A DNA stretch of 64,000 nt from Candidatus Woesearchaeota archaeon (GTDB lineage: Archaea > Nanobdellota > Nanobdellia > Woesearchaeales > UBA583), in assembly GCA_023898345.1 (NCBI GenBank), contig CP060218.1:120753-184752 (forward strand), written 5' to 3'. Below the pieces are notes generated by a model that worked only from the letters and a program-made list of their open reading frames with translations, was not told the DNA's origin and searched no databases. Within the stretch, counting starts at the first letter, position 1, and each line of letters begins with the position of its first letter. The position numbers were made by a program, and so were the translations under genes. Of this stretch, positions 56,844-64,000 are shown one piece after another.

Positions 56844-58280
56844 ATGTTAAAATCCATTTATTTTTACAACACCAAGACTCGCAAGAAAGAGGAGTTCAAA
56901 GAGAAAGAAACGGGCATTGTAAAAATATACACGTGTGGTCCGACTGTGTACTCGACGCAGCATATAGGAAACATGCGCGCGGCCATAACGGCAGATATTC
57001 TTCATAGAACTCTTGAATATTTTAAGTACACTGTAATAGATGTCATCAACATTACAGACGTCGGCCATCTCACTGACGATGATCATGATGCTGGTGAAGA
57101 TAAGATGCTCAAAGCTGCAAGGAAAGAAAAGAAAGGCCCTTATGAGATTGCACGTTACTATGAAGAAAAATACATTGCAGATACAAAAAAACTTCATATC
57201 AAAGGACCAAAGTATAGGCCTAGAGCAACAGAGCATATTAAGGAGCAGATTGAAATGATAAAGCTTCTTGAGGAAAGGGGACATACGTATAGGACATCAG
57301 ACGGGCTTTATTTTGATACTTCAACATTCAAGGAGTACGGTGCGCTTTCAGGACAAAAACAGGAGGATAAAAAAGCAGGTGCAAGGGTAAAGCTTGATAG
57401 TGAAAAGAGGAATCCTTCTGATTTTGCACTTTGGAAGTTTCTTACGGGAGAAAATGAACACCACATTATGAAATGGGACTCTCCTTGGGGAATAGGTTTT
57501 CCGGGCTGGCATATAGAATGTTCTGCTATGTCGCATAAATATTTGGGCTCGGAGTTTGACATTCACATGGGTGGAATTGAGCATATTCCTGTTCATCATG
57601 AAAACGAGATAGCTCAAAATGTTTGTTCTGGTGCTATTTCTGGAATCTCTTTTTGGATGCACTACCAACATATGATGATTGACAAAAATAAAATGTCAAA
57701 ATCTTTGGGTAATGTGTACTCGCTTGAAGACTTGGAAAAAAAAAGTTATTCTCCTTTGGCTTTACGGGAATTGTGTTTACGAACTCATTACCGCAAAACT
57801 ATGAACTTTACGTTTGACGCACTTGATGCTGCTCAAACAAATGTCAAAAAGCTTAATGAATTCAAAAAGAGAATTGAGGAGATCAAGGTCACAGAAAATG
57901 CAGATGAAACAGTGAGGAAACTTTTCAATACCTATCTTGACAAATTTGAGCAGGCCATGAAAGATGATTTGAACACGGCGCTTGCTCTGGCGGCAGTTGA
58001 TGAGTTCATAACTGAAATAAACCGAAAAAGAATTTTTTCAGAGCAAGATAAAGAAACTGTTCTAGAATTTTTACGGCGAACGGATAAAGTTTTGGCTTTA
58101 CTTGAGGAAGAAGAAAGAATTCCTTCTGAGGTAGAAAAATTAGCAAGGGAGCGGGAAGTGGCAAGAGAAAAAAAAGAGTTTGGAGAAGCTGATAAACTGC
58201 GAGATGAAATTAAGGGTAGGGGCTATGATGTAAAAGATGATAAGAGCTCAAAACTTGGTTATCGTCTTACTAAAATATGA
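56844..58280 (+). CDS. cysS: cysteinyl-tRNA synthetase
   Basis: HIGN (HIGH) motif, KMSKS and the Zn-binding Cys/His pattern (CGPT...WHIEC). Confidence 0.93.
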   Translation: MLKSIYFYNTKTRKKEEFKEKETGIVKIYTCGPTVYSTQHIGNMRAAITADILHRTLEYFKYTVIDVINITDVGHLTDDDHDAGEDKMLKAARKEKKGPYEIARYYEEKYIADTKKLHIKGPKYRPRATEHIKEQIEMIKLLEERGHTYRTSDGLYFDTSTFKEYGALSGQKQEDKKAGARVKLDSEKRNPSDFALWKFLTGENEHHIMKWDSPWGIGFPGWHIECSAMSHKYLGSEFDIHMGGIEHIPVHHENEIAQNVCSGAISGISFWMHYQHMMIDKNKMSKSLGNVYSLEDLEKKSYSPLALRELCLRTHYRKTMNFTFDALDAAQTNVKKLNEFKKRIEEIKVTENADETVRKLFNTYLDKFEQAMKDDLNTALALAAVDEFITEINRKRIFSEQDKETVLEFLRRTDKVLALLEEEERIPSEVEKLAREREVAREKKEFGEADKLRDEIKGRGYDVKDDKSSKLGYRLTKI

Positions 58281-59341
58281 ATTCCATTCTTATTGCAGAG
58301 GTAGAAGAACTTTTTCTGGAAGAGGCACAAAAGGAAGTTGAAGAACTTACAAAATGTGTTGTAATGCCAAGATCGAAAACAGTTCTTGCAATAGAAACGA
58401 GCAAAGAGGAAAAAACTGTTTCTGCTTTGTACTATTATTCTGGTCTTCTCAAAACATTGGAGTTGGAACTTTTTTTTGCGGAAAAAAAGAACTTTGAACT
58501 TTCGAGTGATTTTTTTCCTTTTTTTGAAAAAAAAACTTTTAGGGTTGAGGCAAAAACTGAGGGAAAGAAGGAGTTAGAAATGGAGTTGGGTGAAAAAATC
58601 TTGGACATTTTGCCAAGTCTGACAGTTGATTTAAGGAATGCTCAAATAACTTTTTTTGCAAGAGAGGTTGGAAACAAGCTTCTTGTTTCTCTTGATCTTA
58701 CACAGTTTTTTCTTACTCAAAGACCATACAAAATTCATCATAATCAAAACTCTTTAAGTGCTGATTTTGCAAACTATCTTCTTAGAAAAATGGGTAGGCA
58801 GAACAGAAGAAAGGCAAGTTTCATTGATCCTAGTGCTAATCTTGCAGATTTGATTCTTGAATTAGTTCTTAGGGAGGAAAAGTTTGCAAAGCATCTTCAC
58901 AATGTTTCTTCTCTTCCTTATACAAAAATTTTAAAGAAAAAACTTTTGCCGCCTGAAAAAGTAAAAGGTTCTCAGAATACTTATTTTGCTATTGTTCAGC
59001 ACAACAAGCATTTTAAAGAGCTCAAAGAAAATATTGCAACGCTTCCTTTTAAAATCAGGGTTTCTCAGTATGAAGCTGATTGGCTCGATGTGAAATTCAA
59101 GAAAAATGAACTTGATTATGTTCTTTCTGCTCTTCCGATTTTTAAGGATAAGGAGGAATGGGAAAAATTTATTGATCAATTTCTTTATCAAACTGAGTTT
59201 GTTTGTAAGCATTCTATAACTCTTCTTTCTCCGCAAGCTCTTTCAAAGAAGGTGAGGCAAAAATATCGTTTGAAAACTCAATTTGAAGAAGAAATAAAAA
59301 GGGGAGAGAAAAAATATATTCTTTATTGCTTAGAAAAATGA
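58277..59341 (+). CDS. THUMP-domain protein related to N2-G/UPF0020 RNA methylases, with degenerate SAM and catalytic motifs
   Basis: FRVEAKTEG...VDLRNAQITFFAREVGNKLLVSLDLT...RPYKI...LSADFANYLL fits THUMP plus the start of the methylase. The expected DPxCGSGT is DPSANLAD and the expected NPPY is ALPIF. Confidence 0.45.
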   Translation: MNSILIAEVEELFLEEAQKEVEELTKCVVMPRSKTVLAIETSKEEKTVSALYYYSGLLKTLELELFFAEKKNFELSSDFFPFFEKKTFRVEAKTEGKKELEMELGEKILDILPSLTVDLRNAQITFFAREVGNKLLVSLDLTQFFLTQRPYKIHHNQNSLSADFANYLLRKMGRQNRRKASFIDPSANLADLILELVLREEKFAKHLHNVSSLPYTKILKKKLLPPEKVKGSQNTYFAIVQHNKHFKELKENIATLPFKIRVSQYEADWLDVKFKKNELDYVLSALPIFKDKEEWEKFIDQFLYQTEFVCKHSITLLSPQALSKKVRQKYRLKTQFEEEIKRGEKKYILYCLEK

Positions 59342-59727
59342 CTTATGTTATTTATACTGATGGGGCTTCAAAGGGAAATCCGGGACTGGCTGGCGCAGGA
59401 ATCTTTCTTCAGAATAAGGATGGTGAAGAGGAAATTTCAAAATTTTTAGGAAGAAAAACAAATAATGAAGCGGAATATTTGGCGGTTCTTTTTGCACTTG
59501 AACATCTTAGGGGGAGTTCTGAGGCTCTTCATTTTTATTCTGATTCTCAGCTTTTGGTGCGACAACTTAATGGGCAATATAAGGTGAAGGCTCCAACTAT
59601 TCTTCCCCTTTTTGAAGGGATAAAAACATTAATGAAAGGGAAAGATGTTACTTTTACTTGGATTCCTAGGGAGAAGAATACTAGAGCTGATTTTTTAGCA
59701 AATAAAGCAATTGAAAGAAGAATTTAA
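59326..59727 (+). CDS. rnhA: ribonuclease HI
   Basis: YTDGASKGNPGLAGAG, NNEAEYLAV, DSQLLVRQLNGQYKVK, ...NTRADFLAN (DEDD residues). Confidence 0.85.
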   Translation: MLRKMTYVIYTDGASKGNPGLAGAGIFLQNKDGEEEISKFLGRKTNNEAEYLAVLFALEHLRGSSEALHFYSDSQLLVRQLNGQYKVKAPTILPLFEGIKTLMKGKDVTFTWIPREKNTRADFLANKAIERRI

Positions 59728-60071
59728 TTGTCTCTTACGCAAGCACAAGACTGGAAACCTTTTGTTAGGGCATCGTGAATTGACTGAAAATGTTCAATAT
59801 TTTCGTTGGAGATTTTTTTTGCGTAGGGGCAACTGGACAAATGAAATTTGAGGGAGAGGCTATTTCCAACTATTTCTTCTTCTTTTGTTGTCTCTTTTCC
59901 TTCTATGTTAGCAAGTTTGGACTTGAGCATTTCAATTTCTTCGCTTAGTTCTCGAAATTTTCGATCTGTGTTTTGTTCTGTTGTGAACATGGATTCAGAG
60001 AGAAAAACAACGTCTTTCTTGACTTTTCTGAATGCTTCTTTTATTTTTACTACTTCTTCGTAAAGTTCCAT
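59724..60071 (-). CDS. small protein with C-terminal Ada-like metal-binding motif
   Basis: FHLSSCPYAKKISNENIEHFQSIHDALTKGFQSCACV resembles the Ada_Zn_binding pattern (YH..sC....i...N...F.s..eA...Gy.pC..C). The N-terminus resembles that of 21032..21556. Confidence 0.5.
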   Translation of the reverse strand: MELYEEVVKIKEAFRKVKKDVVFLSESMFTTEQNTDRKFRELSEEIEMLKSKLANIEGKETTKEEEIVGNSLSLKFHLSSCPYAKKISNENIEHFQSIHDALTKGFQSCACVRDN

Positions 60072-60165
60072 ATGGGAATAAGTTTAAGCGTATTTATAAA
60101 AGTGTCGTTTGTTGTCACTAGTAGTAATTACAAACTTGCTTAAATTAAACTTCTAGAAAATTGCT

Positions 60166-60762
60166 GTGGTAGAAGAAGAAAAAGACGAGAAGAAGGCAGC
60201 TCAAGGTATTGGAACTTTGATAATTTTTATTGCATTAATCCTTGTAGCAGCAGTTGCCGCAGGTGTTCTTATTCAAACGGCTAGTACTTTGCAGTCAAAA
60301 TCTCTGGATGTTGGCAGACAAACCCAGGAAAAAGTTTCTACAGATCTTGAAGTTGTTCAGGTGTATGCAGCAGATGGCAGAGATGGTTACTTTAATGGAT
60401 CAATAGATAATTTTTCTGTAGTTGTTCGGCTCAGCTCTGGAAGTTCGGCAATTAAGCTTTCTGATACTCTTCTTCGTCTTGACACACCAATCTCGACACA
60501 ACCTATGACATACATTCTGGGGGGGGGTGCCTCTGAGACTCAGTACGGCGTCACTTATTTGATAAATAGTTCACAGCATAAGGATGGATATATTTCGCAG
60601 GGTGATTCTGCTGAGCTTACTTTCACGGTTATGAATGGAACTGATATTCCTGAAAGCTCGACTTTGACTATTAGGGTTCTTACAAAAAATGGGGCTATTC
60701 GTCCTGTGCAGATTACAACTCCGTCGGCAATGGTTGAGTATTATATCTCTCTTTATCCTTAA
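60166..60762 (+). CDS. archaellin/archaeal flagellin-like protein (class III signal peptide)
   Basis: AAQGIGTLIIFIALILVAAVAAGVLIQTASTLQSKSLDVGRQ matches the conserved archaellin N-terminus. The track start is a GTG. No other fla/arl genes are in the window. Confidence 0.7.
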   Translation: MVEEEKDEKKAAQGIGTLIIFIALILVAAVAAGVLIQTASTLQSKSLDVGRQTQEKVSTDLEVVQVYAADGRDGYFNGSIDNFSVVVRLSSGSSAIKLSDTLLRLDTPISTQPMTYILGGGASETQYGVTYLINSSQHKDGYISQGDSAELTFTVMNGTDIPESSTLTIRVLTKNGAIRPVQITTPSAMVEYYISLYP

Positions 60763-60792
60763 TTCTTTTCTTTCTTGACATTTCCCAGAGCC

Positions 60793-60801
60793 TTTATAAA
60801 G
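60793..60801 (+). promoter_or_regulatory. archaeal TATA box of the aRF1 gene
   Basis: tttataaag centred ~25 nt upstream of the ATG at 60822. Confidence 0.5.
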
Positions 60802-60821
60802 AGACTAAAATTCATTCATAT

Positions 60822-61925
60822 ATGGGAATAGACTTAACTCAGAGATTAAAACTGAGAAAATTCATCAAAAATCTTCTGCAGTACAGAGGCCGACACACAG
60901 AGTTAGTTTCTGTGTACATACCAGCGGGTTACGACATAACAAAGATAGTGAATAACCTTCAAGATGAACAAGGAACGGCAACAAACATTAAAGACGCCAA
61001 AACCTCAAAGTCCGTCATCTCAGCTCTTGAGAGAATGATTCGAAGTCTCAAAACTTTCTCAGATACTCCAAAAAATGGGCTTGCAATCTTTTCAGGAAAT
61101 GTTTCTGATAAGGATAATGTAGATAATTTTCAAGTCTTTTGGATAGAACCTCCAGAACCTCTCAATCTCAAACTTTACAGATGTGATCAAAAATTTATTA
61201 TCTATCCTCTTGATGAGATGGATGCCAATGAAACCACTTATGGACTCATAGCAATCGACAAAGGAGAAGCAACTGTTGGCCTGCTTATCGGTTCTTCCAT
61301 AAAAACCCTCAAAAATCTTCACTCGAATGTTCCGGGAAAGTTCAAAGCAGGAGGACAGTCGGCACAGCGTTTTGCAAGAATCAGAGAAGGAGCAGCAGTT
61401 GAATTCTATAAAAGAGTTGCTGATGTTATGATTCAAGAATTTACCTTCATGACAGAGCTTAAAGGACTTATTGTAGGTGGTCCTGGAACGACAAAGAACA
61501 ACTTTGTAGACGGAACTTACATGAACGAAGACTTGAAAAAAAAAATAAAAGGAATAAAAGATATCACTTATACAAATTCTTTTGGTCTTAAAGAACTCGT
61601 GGACAAATCAGAGGATGTGCTTAGCGACGACGAAATAATGACTGAGAGACGTATTCTTCAACGCTTTCTAGAAACGCTGGGAAAAGATACGACAAAAATC
61701 GTGTACGGAGTGAAGAATACAACTATGGCATTAGAAATGGGAGCGGTTGAAGATCTCATTATTATTGATTCAGAAGTTGAAGAAGAACAACTTGAGAAAA
61801 TGTGTGAACTGCAAGAACAGAGTCGTTCAAATTTGCATTTAGTTACAGACAGGACACCTGAAGGAGTACAATTCAAAGCACTTGGTGGAATAGGAGCAAT
61901 CCTTCGTTATCCTATTAGCACATAA
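60822..61925 (+). CDS. prf1: peptide chain release factor aRF1
   Basis: NIKD/NIKS-type motif (TATNIKDAKT), GGQ motif (KAGGQSAQRFARIRE), eRF1 three-domain order. Confidence 0.92.
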   Translation: MGIDLTQRLKLRKFIKNLLQYRGRHTELVSVYIPAGYDITKIVNNLQDEQGTATNIKDAKTSKSVISALERMIRSLKTFSDTPKNGLAIFSGNVSDKDNVDNFQVFWIEPPEPLNLKLYRCDQKFIIYPLDEMDANETTYGLIAIDKGEATVGLLIGSSIKTLKNLHSNVPGKFKAGGQSAQRFARIREGAAVEFYKRVADVMIQEFTFMTELKGLIVGGPGTTKNNFVDGTYMNEDLKKKIKGIKDITYTNSFGLKELVDKSEDVLSDDEIMTERRILQRFLETLGKDTTKIVYGVKNTTMALEMGAVEDLIIIDSEVEEEQLEKMCELQEQSRSNLHLVTDRTPEGVQFKALGGIGAILRYPIST

Positions 61926-61979
61926 ATTCTTTTTTTTTTTTAATAACAACAATTTGAAGAAATTCTGAAAAAAATCTTC

Positions 61980-63947
61980 CTAAATAAGGAAAAGACTTAC
62001 AACAATTAAGAGAACCACAATTCCAATACCAACAAGCAAAAGCTTTGTCGTGTTATCAAAGGAATACTTGGAAAGTGATGAAACAGGATTGTTTTGATCG
62101 TTGCTGCTGCTGTTGTTGTCCGAAACATTTGTTGATGGAATTGGCTTTACTTCAATTCCTGTTCCTGAACTACAATTTAAAATTGTGAGGTCTGTTTCTC
62201 TTGTTTGTAGGGCGGAACCATCTGAAAGGGCAGCTTTTTGGATGACTGTGTATGTACCTGGCGCTAGGTCTGAGATGTCTAGTACTAGATTGCGCTGTTC
62301 TGTGTCGTCAAGGTCCAATTCAAAAAGGTCGCTTTCAGCACTAATTGATGTTCCTCTAATTGCAGCTGTAATTCTGGCGTCCTCATCGTAGCGTCCGAAG
62401 TTTGTTATTCTCATGAAAGCGTATACTTTGTCGTCACACTTGATTGTTATTGGGCTTACAGAGTAAGAATTTACTTTCAACATTTTACTTGGTCTTTGAA
62501 TGGAGATGTCTTCTAGCTCTGTAATCTCGTCGTCTCCATAATCAAGTCGAATTTCAAGTGTGTGAGTTCCGTCGGAAGCATCTTGAGGAATGTCGAAGCG
62601 AAGTGTGATTGTTTCGTCATCATTTACATCTAAAAGGAATGTTGAACTGCTTTCGTACACGTCACTGTTCGCGGAGTCAATATCGTAGATTGTTCCAGAA
62701 ACACTTACATCTCTGAAAATTTTAGATCCTTGATTGTGTACTGTGACATTAACTTCGAGATTACTGTCGGGTTCAATGTTGTCGTCGAAAGTTATTTTCT
62801 CAATATACACGTCTCCTACAACTTTTACTTCAACGCGAAGTGAATCTAGTTCTTCATCTGTCGAATCGAGGACTCGTAATTTTCCATAGTAACTTCCCGT
62901 TTTTTGGTCATCGGGAATTGAAACTTTAATTTCAACAACGTCGTCATCGTCACCTCCTAGGTCAAGGGAAGAAGGGCTAAAGGAAAATGCTGCTTTTGAG
63001 ATCGTATCAGAACTACTTTCTCCTTCGAGGTCATCTTCAAATTCAAAATGCAAATCTCTTACTTCAATGTTTCCGGTGTTTTGAATTTCAAATTCATAGT
63101 TATCATCAACGTATTCTCCTTCTTCGCCGATAATTGTAAGAAGGCCATTTCTGACGTCGTATTTGTTCTGGTCAAATTCTATTTGTAAATCTCCTCCTGT
63201 TACTTCAACAAGGAAAGTCCACTCGAAGTTACCTTGATCACTGCGTACTCGAAAAATTCCTTCGTATGTATCAATTTCTACATCATCAGGAATATTAACT
63301 TTAATTTCAACACTTCGAGAACGTCCGGGGTCTAATTCGTCAAATTCATCGGGGTCAAAACTTATTTTGCTTTCTCGAATTTCGTCACCAGTATCAATTC
63401 CTTCTAGATCGTTAACGATTTCAAATTTGAGGTTTGTTAATGTAATATTTCCAGTATTTTCAAAACGAAAACGATCAGTTGTTCTTTCGTCAAGATCTCC
63501 TTCAACAAGCATTTCATCAGCATTTACAAGTGTGAGGCTGATGTCGCTCTGTGCTGTGATTGCAGCTGTAAGTGTAAAATTTAGTTTTTGGGTTGAATTA
63601 TCCTGATTGGTGATAAGGATACTGCCAGTGTAATTTCCTGCTTTGGCATCTGTTTCGAAGCTGTAGGAAATAGAACGGGACTCGGATGCTTTTAGCTCTG
63701 TTACTGTGCTTTGATTGAGAGAAACAGAAATACTGTCGGCAGCTCTAACTAAATTTGAGGCTGTTAAGGTTAAAGAAATATTTTCATCTCCTGTGTTTGT
63801 TATGGTGAAACTTCCTTCGCCTGTTGTTCCTTCAATGAGGGAAAGAACTGCTCCGGAGGGGTCTACAGAAAAATTTTGTGTAGCATAAGCAGCGCCAAAG
63901 CTTGTGAAAAGCAGGGCAAGGGTTAGTAGTGTGGTAATGAGTTTCAT
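61980..63947 (-). CDS. large acidic surface (S-layer-candidate) protein with repeated beta-sandwich domains
   Basis: Signal peptide (LTLALLFTSFGAAYA), a C-terminal TM anchor and internal repeats (FRFENTGNITLTNLKFEIVNDLEG...VEIKVNIPDD versus YEFEIQNTGNIEVRDLHFEFEDDLEG...VEIKVSIPDD). Confidence 0.65.
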   Translation of the reverse strand: MKLITTLLTLALLFTSFGAAYATQNFSVDPSGAVLSLIEGTTGEGSFTITNTGDENISLTLTASNLVRAADSISVSLNQSTVTELKASESRSISYSFETDAKAGNYTGSILITNQDNSTQKLNFTLTAAITAQSDISLTLVNADEMLVEGDLDERTTDRFRFENTGNITLTNLKFEIVNDLEGIDTGDEIRESKISFDPDEFDELDPGRSRSVEIKVNIPDDVEIDTYEGIFRVRSDQGNFEWTFLVEVTGGDLQIEFDQNKYDVRNGLLTIIGEEGEYVDDNYEFEIQNTGNIEVRDLHFEFEDDLEGESSSDTISKAAFSFSPSSLDLGGDDDDVVEIKVSIPDDQKTGSYYGKLRVLDSTDEELDSLRVEVKVVGDVYIEKITFDDNIEPDSNLEVNVTVHNQGSKIFRDVSVSGTIYDIDSANSDVYESSSTFLLDVNDDETITLRFDIPQDASDGTHTLEIRLDYGDDEITELEDISIQRPSKMLKVNSYSVSPITIKCDDKVYAFMRITNFGRYDEDARITAAIRGTSISAESDLFELDLDDTEQRNLVLDISDLAPGTYTVIQKAALSDGSALQTRETDLTILNCSSGTGIEVKPIPSTNVSDNNSSSNDQNNPVSSLSKYSFDNTTKLLLVGIGIVVLLIVVSLFLI

Positions 63948-64000
63948 TTTTACAGAGGCTAAAATATGATACTACTTAATAATAACTAATTTATAAACGT

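Noticed and set aside
56653-56850. 65-aa plus-strand ORF upstream of and overlapping the cysS start
   Set aside because: It starts at a TTG, runs through the direct repeat and the cysS promoter, and gives an Arg-rich nonsense-like translation. The region is better explained by repeat element copy C plus the promoter.

Overview
Low-GC archaeal chromosome fragment. Archaeal markers are aRF1, transcription factor S, an archaellin-type class III signal-peptide protein, a NOG1-type GTPase and a short archaeal TIM. TATA-like boxes sit about 25 nt upstream of many ATGs, which suggests leaderless mRNAs. The many lineage-specific orphans and large surface proteins are compatible with a small-genome, DPANN-like lineage, but that is inference only. 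The core (about 8.3-50.2 kb and 56.8-64 kb; about 40% GC on one hand-counted 60-nt line) carries housekeeping genes: asnB, bacterial-type aspS, htpX, PMM/PGM, tpiA, pepA, a SulP permease, GGPP synthase, a U32 peptidase, cysS, rnhA and aRF1. There are two AT-rich accessory segments. (i) 1-8.27 kb is a tandem array of four S8 subtilase paralogs or fragments. Their divergent AT-rich 5' halves are joined to a shared, near-identical GC-rich 3' module. The array also holds two Cys-rich membrane mini-proteins and an IS200-like insertion. (ii) 50.39-56.80 kb is a roughly 22-28% GC islet bounded by an exact 19-bp direct repeat. It carries a surface-protein/ABC-exporter/HTH operon and two orphans, with no recognisable integrase. 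Three IS elements are present: two tnpA-only IS200/IS605-like elements with flanking hairpins, and one IS5/IS4-like element with 18-bp TIRs and a 9-bp TSD. Other notable items are a short intergenic element in 3-4 copies that may encode a micro-ORF, a gene interrupted by one in-frame TGA, a Gly-Tyr repeat surface protein, a PRC-barrel pair flanking a membrane protein, and a 29-nt poly(T) tract. I found no rRNA, complete tRNA or CRISPR array by eye. All homology calls are motif recognition by eye, with no searches run.
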